A stretch of DNA of 64,000 nucleotides from a virus. Its lineage: Duplodnaviria; Caudoviricetes. Made by a program: the position numbers and the translations under genes. The stretch spans positions 114,420 to 178,419 of the IMG/VR virus record IMGVR_UViG_3300029928_000001. One strand, given 5' to 3'. Every line of letters starts with the position of its first letter. The stretch's first letter is position 1. Below the pieces are notes generated by a model. The model saw only the letters and a list, made by a program, of their open reading frames with translations, made no database searches and had not been told where the DNA came from. Below are positions 53,743 to 64,000 of this stretch, piece after piece.

Positions 53743-54705
53743 ATGAATTACTTATGTCAATATAAAAATGGTGCAACAATTACAATTTTTGCCCCTTATG
53801 ATTGTGGCAATCGGTGCCCATTCTGTATAAATAAGAAAGATTATCTTTTAGACAAAAGCTACGATTTAGAAAAAGTATGTTATTCTTTATTTAAAATTCA
53901 TGATATCACTCCCTCTTGTGATATTGTAATCACAGGTGGAGAACCGTTTGCGGATTTAGATAAATTACAGACTCTTGTGCAAGCTGTAGTAATGCTGAAC
54001 CAAGAGAATAAGAATAATAATATACCAGTTCATAAACTTTTCATTAATACAACTTTGCCAGGAAACATAGATGATGTTGTATATTTTATTACTCAATTTA
54101 AAGATACTATTACAGGACTTAATGTTTCTCGTCATGTGCGCCCATATGTTGCAGAATGCCCGGACAGCATCTTTGAGGAGCTTGAAGGCATTGTCCCAGT
54201 GCGCATTAACACAGTTCTCGCGCAACATTTAGAAGCATATGATTATATGCAAAAAGTTTATGATCGCTATAGGAAATATGGAGCAATTAAAAATTTTCAA
54301 GTAAGAGAAGATTATACTACTGTTGATAGTATGAATTTATATTCATACTCATCTATTATGAAAGATTTCTTATTTGGTAATTTCGGCATTGGAGATAGTG
54401 AAGTAGACACCTTCTTCCGCAAAAACCTTATCTTCGGCAATGACTTCCGTTGGAATTTAAAAATTACTGATAAGATTTTTTACCATAAGACTTTACCATA
54501 TTCAACTATTTATTGTGGTAGTACCAACAAAGAAATTAATGATATTATTATCAATCCTCGTGGAAAGATTTTAGATGATTGGAATGACTATGGTAGAGAG
54601 CTTGATTTAAATCTATACGCAAAAAGAATTTTAAGACCTGTCAATAAAAAATAGGTCTTAATAATTCCTACTGTATTAGATAAATCGGTTAAAGTTATAT
54701 TATAA
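53743..54705 (+). CDS. Radical SAM protein (TAG at 54652 probably read through to TAA 54703-54705)
   Basis: CGNRCPFC (CX3CX2C), ITGGEP; terminator directly follows the TAA. Confidence 0.8.
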
Positions 54706-54785
54706 AGGAGACTATAAAGTCTCCTTTTATTTTTTATAAAATTTATGATATAATATATTGTAAAGAAAAATAAAGGAGAAAAATA

Positions 54786-55722
54786 ATGGCATGGCAATTA
54801 TTTAGATATGAACATGATATAGCTTATTATATATACTGTGATAAATGTGGACAAATGTTTCCTGCGAAAGTCAGTCGAGATATGCCGAATCGAGTCGTTT
54901 GGCAAACTCCAGATGAAGATATGCTTTACCCCTATTGTCCTTCTTGTGGAACACGCAATGGCCAAGTTTTCGCTAATAAAAATTATTATGAACTATATGA
55001 TTTTGAAGGGAACCTTTTAAAAGAAAAGGTCAGAGTTCCTGAAGTGTAATTTTATTTTTATAAAAAATTATGTTATAATATATTATAAAGATAAGAAAGG
55101 AGGAAGAATAATGGATACAGTAAGAATTGTTGAGATTAATGTAGAAAATAAGCCAATTTGGATTACTAGTTTAGGTACATATATAGACAATCGGAATGAT
55201 TTTATCGAAACTTTATGTCATGCTCATGGCGAATTTGATTTAAAGTATGTTGATTGGAATGAAGATTGGAAAACATTGTTTGAGAATGGTTGCACTAGAG
55301 AAGCAGCGTTTGAAACTATTTGGAAACAAGCAAAGAAAAGGAGCTAATATGAAGTATATTAACTGTCCAGTCTGCAAGAAGCAGTTGTTACAATTTTACT
55401 GTGCGAACGTGATGCTAGACGATATTGCGGCAAATATAACTAAACCCGCAGATAGATATGAATTTTGGTGTGATGACTGTGATATTGAAATAGATGTTAC
55501 AGTTCCAAGAGAACCAAAAGTAAGAGTAATTAAGTAATAGGAGGTGATACTATGTTAAGACCTGGAGACGTGATTCAATGTGATTACTGTCATGAGTGGC
55601 TCGAAGTTGAAAAACAAGACTTAGACGTGGCATTTGGATCATACGGAGATGCTATTTATATTACTTGCCCTTGTTGCGGCAAGATGGCGAAGATTGTTGG
55701 TATAGCAAATATTTGGAGGTAA
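54786..55722 (+). other. Four small genes, three with Zn-ribbon motifs (54786, 55111, 55349, 55552)
   Basis: CxxC pairs, RBSs, two promoters. Confidence 0.6.
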
Positions 55723-55725
55723 TTA

Positions 55726-57378
55726 ATGATTAATTTAATTGATAGAATTCCAAAAGATGAATTAAAAATGATTGATGATTATCGTTTAAACGATAAAGAA
55801 GTTAAGAAAGCTAGAGAAAGATACGGCGATTCTGGACTTGCACCAATCGAATATATTTTAAAAGAATGGAATTTTCAAAAACAAAAATTATATACGCTTT
55901 TGGGTAATCAGTTAATTTTTACTAAGGATATTTGCATTGAAAAAGACAAAACAATCATGGAAGCACAGATGAAAGAAATGGTTAATCAGAGTGCTTTTAA
56001 AGAAAATATTCTTAATTTAAGTAGAGTTAATAAAGAACATTGCTTAATGGAAGTTGCATCAACATATCCTTGGGAAAGTGTTTTTTCTGTTCTTGATTGG
56101 CTTTTTTATCCAAATGAATTAATTGAAAATAAAATTACAGGTAGATCAGATTCTCCTGCCAAAATTACTTTTAAAGAAAGTGGTCATAATATTCAAATTT
56201 CTAATGGAACTAAACCTCTTAGAGCTTTAAAGAAAATTGCTGAAGAATGTCACGTTGATGGCTTTGAAGAGTTTCGTTTAATGCATTCGCGTATTCTTAA
56301 TGATAAAAAATTAAAAGGGCAGCTATGTTTGTCTATTCACCCATTAGACTATATGACTATGAGTGATAATAATTGCGCCTGGACGTCATGCATGAGCTGG
56401 CGTGAACATATTGGTGCGTACCGGGCGGGAACGGTTGAGATGATGAATTCTCCGGTTGTCGTTGAAGCATATCTCAAATCGACTACAGATATGGAAATGC
56501 CTGAAGGCGGCACTTGGTCAAATAAGAAATGGAGAGAGTTGTTTATTATTAACGAAGAATGCATCTTAGGAATTAAAGGTTATCCTTATTGGTCTAAAGC
56601 ATTAGAAGACATTTGTATGAATCTTTTAAGAGAATTAGCTGAAAAGAATTTAGGCTGGACCTATAAAGATGCAATTGAGTTTTGCGCGCCAGATAGTGAT
56701 GGTGTCGAAATTTGTACTAATACAATGTATAATGATGTATATGATAATCATTCACTTATGCTTAAAACAACAGATTTAATTAATGATCTTTATATTAATT
56801 ATTCTGGCGATAAAAGATGTATGTATAGTGGTGAATATTACGAATGGGATGAAGAAGAAGAAGAAAATAATGGTTCTTTAATCGTTTGTCCTCAATATAC
56901 TCCTTATATTAAGTGTGAGTGTTGTGATATTTATGTTTTTTACGATGAAGCGTATGACGTTAATGCCCATAATTTTTGTCGGGGTTGCTATGATACTTTC
57001 AATAAAGATTTATTTATGCAAGAGTCATTACTTCCAGAGGATGAAAATAAAACTTATCATCAGTATATGATAAAATATGATAATAATTACTCTTATTCAT
57101 ATATTGTTTATGTAAAAGATGAAGATGTAGAAGAAAATAAATTTGTCAAAAATATTGAAGATATTAAGACAATCACTATTGAATGCCGTTGGTGGACTGA
57201 TGAATATTTAACTATTAATTATGAAGAACTGACATCGCAAGCCCAGAAGCTGTTTATAAAAAAGATAGAAAGCAATATTGGTGATATGGGTTTGCTTAAA
57301 GAAAATGATACCTATGATAGAAAATTCTATGTGCAGGATTTAACAGTTCCTTATCATCTTTTTGTAAGCCACTATTGA
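55726..57378 (+). CDS. Large hypothetical protein, paralog 1
   Basis: LSIHPLDYMTMSDNNCAWTSCMSW...YRAGTVEMMNS...IKGYPY; C-terminal Cys pairs. Confidence 0.75.
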   Translation: MINLIDRIPKDELKMIDDYRLNDKEVKKARERYGDSGLAPIEYILKEWNFQKQKLYTLLGNQLIFTKDICIEKDKTIMEAQMKEMVNQSAFKENILNLSRVNKEHCLMEVASTYPWESVFSVLDWLFYPNELIENKITGRSDSPAKITFKESGHNIQISNGTKPLRALKKIAEECHVDGFEEFRLMHSRILNDKKLKGQLCLSIHPLDYMTMSDNNCAWTSCMSWREHIGAYRAGTVEMMNSPVVVEAYLKSTTDMEMPEGGTWSNKKWRELFIINEECILGIKGYPYWSKALEDICMNLLRELAEKNLGWTYKDAIEFCAPDSDGVEICTNTMYNDVYDNHSLMLKTTDLINDLYINYSGDKRCMYSGEYYEWDEEEEENNGSLIVCPQYTPYIKCECCDIYVFYDEAYDVNAHNFCRGCYDTFNKDLFMQESLLPEDENKTYHQYMIKYDNNYSYSYIVYVKDEDVEENKFVKNIEDIKTITIECRWWTDEYLTINYEELTSQAQKLFIKKIESNIGDMGLLKENDTYDRKFYVQDLTVPYHLFVSHY

Positions 57379-57438
57379 TTTTTTATAAAAATTATTATAT
57401 AATATTTATAGAAAATAAGAAAAGAGGAAATGAAATAA

Positions 57439-59502
57439 ATGAATAAAAACTTATATGAACTGCTTTCTGAGAATGAAAAAACGATAATAAAAAACTATAT
57501 ATTAGAATATGCTACTGGTTACAGAGAAACTGCGCCATTAGATAAACTTCTACAGTTTTGGACAGCGGAAAAAGTAGATTTGTATAAGATGTTAGACAAT
57601 AATTTATCTATTCATAAATCTGTTGTAGCTGAGAAGGAAAGAGAACAGCTTGAAACTGAAGTAATGAGTAAGCTTCAGTCTAGAAGAGAAAATGGAGAAC
57701 CTACTTTTTATGAAAATTATTTAGCATGGTTAAGATATAATTTTCCTAGACTTGACTCAGAATCTTGGACCAATAATGATGTTGATTTAAAAGGCGTTTT
57801 CCAGAGCCAAGAAGATTATCGAGCTATGTGGAATTTAATTGAAAATCAGGAAGCGCTTATTGATAATCGTTATGAAGGAAGAAGAATTACAATTCATACT
57901 CCTAGTGATCATGATTACACTTTCTGCTCTGGTACTAAACTTTTAAAGATTTTTAAGAAATTGTCTGATGAATTTAATATTGTAGGATTTGAAAGATTTC
58001 GTTTAAAGCATTCTCAGATTTGTAATGAAAAGACAATTAGAGGAGATATGTATCTTACAATTCATCCTTTAGATTTTATGACCATGAGTGATAATAACTG
58101 CGGTTGGCATTCATGTATGTCTTGGGTGGAAGAAGGAGATTATCGTAGAGGAACTCTAGAAATGATGAATTCTCCTATGGTAATTGAAGCTTATTTGCGT
58201 TCAACGATAGACATGGATATGCCTGGAGGTAGCGAATGGAGCAATAAGCGTTGGAGACAATTATTTATTGTCACTAAAGATTGTATTGTTGCTATTAAAG
58301 GTTATCCTTATTGGAATAGAGGTCTTGAAAAAATTGCGCTTGAATGGATTAAAGAATTAGCTGAAAAAAATTTAGGTTGGCAGTATCAGAATGTTTTATA
58401 TACATATGACAATCCTAGTGAAAATGTTATGTATTTTAATGAAGCGCAAAATCAATGGATTAGTACAGATTATAAGATTTGTTTTGAAACAGTGGCTATG
58501 TATAATGATCTTTATTCAGAACATAAGATGTTTTTAAGTAAAGATTATCCAGAAGATGAAGAAAAGATGTTTGAATATTCTGGTATAGCTAATTGTATGA
58601 TTTGTGGCGAAGCCAAAGAATTTTATGATTTTGAGAATGAATCAGAATTAGCTTGCGATACTTGTTTACCACATATTTATTGCTCAAATTGCGGCAGCGA
58701 AATTACTGATGATCCATGGATCATTGATGGAGCTGAATTTTGTCAATGGTGTGTAGCTGATTTGCCGGTTTGCTCTGGCTGTGAAGAACCACATCTTGAA
58801 GAGAATATAACGGAATTATATTTGGGCAATAAGGAAACTGGTGAAGTGTATGAACATTACAGAGATTTCTGCAATGATTGCATGAAAAGCGGATTTTATT
58901 TTCCAGAAAGTGCTTGTTTTGAAGTTTATCAAAAACGTGCTTATTGGTTTGGAGATGATTATAAGACAGTATTTGTTGTTGATATTAATCAATTGACAAA
59001 AGATGGTAAGATTGTTTTTGATCTTGATGAAGATACGGAGTTATATGAAGTTGGTTGGGAATATAAATATAATGGTTACAGATATAATTATATGGGACGA
59101 AAACAAGTAATTTTAAATGTTGATAATCCTGTATATGATTTAGACCATTTATACATTAAAGTAAAGATTAAAGGGGATTTAGAACATCCTAACGTAAAAA
59201 CAATTGAATGTTCTGAAAATATTAATTTTTCTTTCACAGATTATGAAGGAAAATCAACTGAAGAACTTTGTTATGAATTACTTCAAATGATTTACCCTGA
59301 TGCGTCAGAAGAAGAATTAAGAGCATTTAAACGGTTTGAAATTCAGTTTGTGCAGATGACTAAAGCGACGCCATCACTTAGTAATGATGAATACGTTTAT
59401 ATGTTAGATGGTAATGATTTTACATATGAAGTACAGAAGAATGACATGTTTCATTATGTGGACGAATTAGGAAGAGTATTAACCAAGGTGGTTAATTTCT
59501 AA
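57439..59502 (+). CDS. Large hypothetical protein, paralog 2 with multiple Zn ribbons
   Basis: LTIHPLDFMTMSDNNCGWHSCMSW...YRRGTLEMMNS...IKGYPY. Confidence 0.75.
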   Translation: MNKNLYELLSENEKTIIKNYILEYATGYRETAPLDKLLQFWTAEKVDLYKMLDNNLSIHKSVVAEKEREQLETEVMSKLQSRRENGEPTFYENYLAWLRYNFPRLDSESWTNNDVDLKGVFQSQEDYRAMWNLIENQEALIDNRYEGRRITIHTPSDHDYTFCSGTKLLKIFKKLSDEFNIVGFERFRLKHSQICNEKTIRGDMYLTIHPLDFMTMSDNNCGWHSCMSWVEEGDYRRGTLEMMNSPMVIEAYLRSTIDMDMPGGSEWSNKRWRQLFIVTKDCIVAIKGYPYWNRGLEKIALEWIKELAEKNLGWQYQNVLYTYDNPSENVMYFNEAQNQWISTDYKICFETVAMYNDLYSEHKMFLSKDYPEDEEKMFEYSGIANCMICGEAKEFYDFENESELACDTCLPHIYCSNCGSEITDDPWIIDGAEFCQWCVADLPVCSGCEEPHLEENITELYLGNKETGEVYEHYRDFCNDCMKSGFYFPESACFEVYQKRAYWFGDDYKTVFVVDINQLTKDGKIVFDLDEDTELYEVGWEYKYNGYRYNYMGRKQVILNVDNPVYDLDHLYIKVKIKGDLEHPNVKTIECSENINFSFTDYEGKSTEELCYELLQMIYPDASEEELRAFKRFEIQFVQMTKATPSLSNDEYVYMLDGNDFTYEVQKNDMFHYVDELGRVLTKVVNF

Positions 59503-59586
59503 TTTGAAAAATTTAAAAAATAATAGTATAATAATTATAGAAAATAAATAAATAATAAATGAATTTTAGAAAGGAAACGAAAAACT

Positions 59587-59967
59587 ATGGAAAAGAAAAT
59601 GACTAAAGTAGAAATGTTTGAAATGATTAAGGGTTTTGCAGAAGCAACTGATGAAGTTAAGGCTTTCTGTGACAAAGAAATTGCGGCACTCCAGAGAAAG
59701 ACTGAAAAGGCTAAAGAAAAGAGAGCCGAAAAAAGAGCTGAAGGTGATGCTCTCGGTGAAGTAGTTAAGCAGGTACTGACTACGGATCTGCAGACTCTGG
59801 CAGATATTGCAGCTCAGATTGTTGATGAAAATGGTGAAGCTATGTCGAGTCATAAAATTGCATATCGTTTAAGAGTTCTCGTAGAAGAAGGTTATGCAAG
59901 AAAAGAGGAAATCACTGTAGATGCAGATGGTAAGCGCTTGAAAAAGATGGCTTATGCATTAGCTTAA
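59587..59967 (+). CDS. MEKKMTK-family winged-helix protein, copy 3
   Basis: MEKKMTKVEMF...TLADIAAQI...IAYRLRVLVEEG. Confidence 0.7.
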   Translation: MEKKMTKVEMFEMIKGFAEATDEVKAFCDKEIAALQRKTEKAKEKRAEKRAEGDALGEVVKQVLTTDLQTLADIAAQIVDENGEAMSSHKIAYRLRVLVEEGYARKEEITVDADGKRLKKMAYALA

Positions 59968-60148
59968 AAGGAGAGACTTCGGTCTCTCTTTTTTTTATTT
60001 TATGGAAAAATTTGCTTGCGCGGTACACGACTGCGCATATCGAAAAACCAAAATAAAAATAAGGCTACCTATTTTTTTGAATCAAAATTTTCTATTTGAC
60101 TAATTTCAAAAATTTTAGTATAATTAAATAAAGAAATGAGGTGGAGTA

Positions 60149-60931
60149 ATGAAATATAGTGCTAATGGACGACAACCTCTCAGCGTTTTACGCAAAGTAG
60201 ATGAAATCCGATTAGATTATAATGATATAGATAAAATATATGATTTTTTTATTGATTTTGAAGAAGAACCAAAAGACTATATAGTAAAAATATATGCGAC
60301 TGATGAAGTTGATTGGACAAAACTTTATAATATTAATGAAGCTAGCAAAGGGCATTTAACTTTAGCAACTGAAATTCTTGATCAGGCTAATTTATGTCAT
60401 TCTATAGGAGCTAAATGGTATTGGGGCTATCCTATTACAAGTTACTGGGAATTAAATAGTGTAATGCGCTATGAACCTTCTCAATTATTATTAGGAGCGC
60501 CTTTATACTTTGATTTGCCAGAAGTAAAGAAAAAAAGTGCAGGCGTGCCAATTCGGCTTGTAGCTGATTTATGCGATGACCCATTGATGCCGCATGAGAA
60601 TGGTGTTTGTGGACCATATGTGCGTCCTGAAGATATATCGGTATATGAAAAATATATAGATACTTTAGAATTTGCGCGTTATGGAAAAGAATATTTAAAG
60701 CGTGAAGAATCATTAATTGATATTTATCAATCAGGTCATTGGCCAGGTAATTTAAATCTCTTATTATTAAATTTAGGCGAGCATGTTGACAATCGCGCAA
60801 TTCCAGAACAATTTGGTGAAGCGAGAGTTCAATGCCGACAGGCGTGTATGCGCAATTCGCATTGTAGACTTTGTAAAACATTGATTAAGTTTTCGCAAGT
60901 GCTTGATAAAAATAAGCCGCAGATAAAGTAA
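60149..60931 (+). CDS. U32-peptidase-like / Fe-S TIM-barrel protein
   Basis: YVRPEDI motif and C-terminal CRQAC...CRLC cluster; family assignment tentative. Confidence 0.45.
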   Translation: MKYSANGRQPLSVLRKVDEIRLDYNDIDKIYDFFIDFEEEPKDYIVKIYATDEVDWTKLYNINEASKGHLTLATEILDQANLCHSIGAKWYWGYPITSYWELNSVMRYEPSQLLLGAPLYFDLPEVKKKSAGVPIRLVADLCDDPLMPHENGVCGPYVRPEDISVYEKYIDTLEFARYGKEYLKREESLIDIYQSGHWPGNLNLLLLNLGEHVDNRAIPEQFGEARVQCRQACMRNSHCRLCKTLIKFSQVLDKNKPQIK

Positions 60932-61006
60932 AAACTTCTCTTATTTTATTTTTCTTAATTTATATGTTATAATATATTATAAGATAAATAATAAGGAGAT
61001 GATTAA

Positions 61007-61993
61007 TTGAAACAATTTACTAAAAGTGATGCAGGATTAATAGAAAGTTTAGTATCATTATCTCAAGATGAACTCCATAATGCAATGGCTAAGTATTTGC
61101 GCCAACAATATCCAAAAGTAACAAATACAAAAGATTATATAATTGCATGGGGTACTATCCCTGTAGCATTGGTTGCGCATATGGACACAGTTTTCTTACA
61201 TAATCAACATAATGGAGTTTATTATGATCGAGAGAAAGGTGTTATGTGGAAACCTAATGGTGCTGGTTTTGACGATCGCGCGGGAATATTTGGAATTTTA
61301 AAGATTCTTCAAGCAGGATATAAGCCTACAGTTATTTTCACTCGTGATGAAGAAGTGGGTGGTCTCGGTGCTGAACAGCTCGTGACCCAGATTCCGCAGG
61401 CTTTAGTGCCGATTAAGTATTTCATTGAGCTAGATCGACAAGGCAGTAACGATTGTGTTTTTTATAACTGCGGCAACGATGAATTTATTAAGTATGTTGA
61501 GTCTTTTGGTTTTTGCGAAGAGTGGGGAAGCTTTTCAGATATTAGTGTAATTTGCCCAGAGTGGCGAATTGCCGGTGTTAATTTATCTATTGGTTATTAT
61601 GATGAACATACAGTACAGGAAACTTTACACGTATCTCAAACATTAGCTACAATAGAAAAAGTAAAAAGAATGCTTGATGCGGCACAGGATGCTCCATTTT
61701 TTAACTATATTTATAGAAAATTTAGCGTTGAAGACTATTATTTTAATAAATATGGTATTAGAATTACGATACCAGAACCAATGGAAGTAGTTTGCGCCAA
61801 TTGTGGCACGATTATGAGTGAGTATAACAGTATTCCAGTATTAAGCGCTGATGGAGGTACTAAATATTACTGCGGCGAATGTTTGCCAGGTAATGTAGAA
61901 TTTTGCATGGACTGCGGCGAAGCGTTTGAAATTAGTGAAGATAATAATTTATATTGTCCAATATGTTGGGCAAAACATATTAAAAGAAAATAA
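61007..61993 (+). CDS. M20/M28-type zinc metallopeptidase with C-terminal Zn ribbons
   Basis: AHMDTV, GFDDRAG, DEEVGG, ELDR, YDEHT ligands. Confidence 0.8.
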   Translation: MKQFTKSDAGLIESLVSLSQDELHNAMAKYLRQQYPKVTNTKDYIIAWGTIPVALVAHMDTVFLHNQHNGVYYDREKGVMWKPNGAGFDDRAGIFGILKILQAGYKPTVIFTRDEEVGGLGAEQLVTQIPQALVPIKYFIELDRQGSNDCVFYNCGNDEFIKYVESFGFCEEWGSFSDISVICPEWRIAGVNLSIGYYDEHTVQETLHVSQTLATIEKVKRMLDAAQDAPFFNYIYRKFSVEDYYFNKYGIRITIPEPMEVVCANCGTIMSEYNSIPVLSADGGTKYYCGECLPGNVEFCMDCGEAFEISEDNNLYCPICWAKHIKRK

Positions 61994-62023
61994 ATATTTT
62001 TTTATATATAAGGAGAATAAGTT

Positions 62024-62326
62024 ATGGCAGCAAAAGGTAGTATTGCAAAAGAAAATATTGCGAATAAGCTTAAAGAAGTTTTTGGTAGTGACTTCGTCGG
62101 AGAATACGAGAAGAAGTGGTATGTATGGGCTGATGACGGCGGGCAGAAAGTACAGATTGCGATTGCAATGACTTGTCCAAAGAATCCCGTAGGCGCTGTC
62201 GGCACAGGTGGAGCTTTTGATTTTGAAGGTGCGCCAACTCTCGGACCTAGTGGTTTTGATCCAGCAGAAATCACACCAGAAGAAGAAGAAAAAGTTCAAG
62301 ATTTAATGAAAAAGTTAGGTTTTTAA
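62024..62326 (+). CDS. Hypothetical protein
   Basis: AAGGAG RBS, 100 aa. Confidence 0.7.
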   Translation: MAAKGSIAKENIANKLKEVFGSDFVGEYEKKWYVWADDGGQKVQIAIAMTCPKNPVGAVGTGGAFDFEGAPTLGPSGFDPAEITPEEEEKVQDLMKKLGF

Positions 62327-62383
62327 GTCTAACTTTTTTGATTTTTGTGAAAAATGTGATATAATAAAAAAAAGGAGATTTAA

Positions 62384-64000
62384 ATGTCATACGAAGATAA
62401 GAAAACTCGTAAATTTCGTCGGGCAGGAAAAACAAAATAGGAATTATTAGATTTATTTTATTAGACGGCATATCGTACAGAACGAGCTGGAAAATTAGAA
62501 GATGGATGTTTTGTTGATTTAATGGTATGTTCACATTGTAATTTAAATTGCGCGGGATGCGATCATTATGCTGCTTTATAGGAACCCTTTTTTATTAACG
62601 TAGAAACTTTAGAAGATTAGTTAGTAAAATTAAAAAATACTTTGCCTCAAATAAAAATTCTTAGTCTTTGGGGTGGGGAAGCATTATTACATCCTTAGAT
62701 TTTAGAAATATGTAAAATTACTAAAAAGATTTTTCCTGACATTGATATTGTAATTGGTTCTAATGGAATTTTAATTGATACTTTATCTGAGGAATGTTTA
62801 AATTATTTATCAAATAATAATATAGGGTTTTAGATTTCACGATATGTGTTTGATGGACAAACAATTTATACTGGAGAAGAAAAATTAAAAGAAAAAAATA
62901 TTAATTATTTTTTTACAGAACATCGAAATTTTTTCTCGGCAATGACAGCTAATCCAGCAGGAACTGAAGATGAAAATTAGTGGTATACTTGTACTAGATG
63001 TAATATGCCTATGTTTACTTATAAAGATTATAAATTATATAAATGTGCTTTTGGTTGCTGTAGTACAGATGCCTTTCAGTCTTTAAATATATCTATCCCG
63101 GAAATAGAAAATATTGATTATTTAAATTTAAAAAATCAAGTATATTCTCAAGAGGAAATATTTGATTTTGTATTTAAGCCGAGCAATAAGTGTAAATATT
63201 GTCGAGAGAATTATTTAAATAATGGTTTTGTTCATCCTATTGAGAAAGAAAATAGCATGGGTCAATTTTTATTTGACTATGAAGAACATTTTTTATATAA
63301 TTTTAAAGAATATTTGAACTTTATGTTTAATGATTCCTGTATGCGTTATATGAAAAAGTATCAAAATAATATAGACCAATGGGATACAATTTTTAATCCT
63401 ATTTTAGATAATAATATAAAAAATAGATATTATAATTGTACTTATGACGCTTGGATAGAAATAAATAAATACAATTATAAAGATAATTTAAAGTTATTAA
63501 TTAATTTAATCACAAATAATAAAGACACATGTTTTTATATTGTTTTAAATGATTTACCTATCTCGATTCAAAAGTATTATTATGAAGAAATTTGGGATAA
63601 TTATAATTATGACGTTAATTTTGTAATATTAAAAACTAATTATGATTATTCATTAAAAGATATTTTTTCTTTTATTTATAATAATAGTTATAGTGCTAAT
63701 ATAATTTTATGTAATGATTTAAAAAATTTTAATAAAGAAAAAAGTTGTAAAAGACAAGAAATATTACCAATAAATTCTTTGGAAAGTATAAATTTATTTT
63801 TTACATATTATTTACATAATAATGCTATATATCCAAATATTATTTTAGAAGAAAATGATATTTTATAGAAAATTTATTTTGATTATTTAAAAATTATTAA
63901 TCAACCAAATTTTAATGAAAAACTATATAATGATTATATTAATAATAATAATTATACTAATGAATTATATTTGAGCTTTAAGATTGTTTTATTAGCAAAA
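62384..64000 (+). CDS. Radical SAM protein, TAG-recoded, runs off the window end
   Basis: MSYEDKK...CNLNCAGC, LWGGEALLHP; several in-frame TAG; in frame with 63005-63868 and open to 64000. Confidence 0.8.

Noticed and set aside
1-64000. Amber suppressor tRNA, other full tRNAs, CRISPR array
   Set aside because: No complete cloverleaf or regularly spaced repeat-spacer array recognised by eye; a tRNA scan is still warranted

Overview
This 64-kb AT-rich window is part of a large tailed phage genome (long-tailed, siphovirus-like; probably a Bacillota/Clostridia host, which is inferred only). It uses stop-codon recoding: TAG is read as sense, most likely Gln (code 15), in the late genes. 1-29.0 kb (- strand) is the morphogenesis operon: tape measure (2730 aa once TAG is read through), tail tube, neck genes, capsid, protease/scaffold, portal and terminase. 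It holds five group I introns whose splice sites can be derived from P1/P10 pairing: four in terL (three with GIY-YIG, HNH or LAGLIDADG endonucleases) and one in a head-tail adaptor gene. A phage release factor 2 (prfB) is transcribed divergently from this operon. 30.5-39.8 kb is an early, host-takeover-like array of small genes, each with a consensus sigma-A promoter; here TAG still appears to act as a real stop. 40-43 kb has replication-like genes and iteron-like repeats. 43-46.4 kb has three receptor-binding-like genes sharing an N-terminal MAY(F/L) motif, two with poly-G tracts. 46.8-64 kb holds middle-type genes (radical SAMs, peptidases, paralog arrays). The most novel candidates are an amber-sensing uORF/hairpin leader at the head of the late operon, a cluster of sigma-54 (-24/-12) boxes with GC hairpins in the early region, a poly-G ON/OFF fibre cassette, and a three-tier use of TAG. 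All calls come from manual reading; no searches were run.
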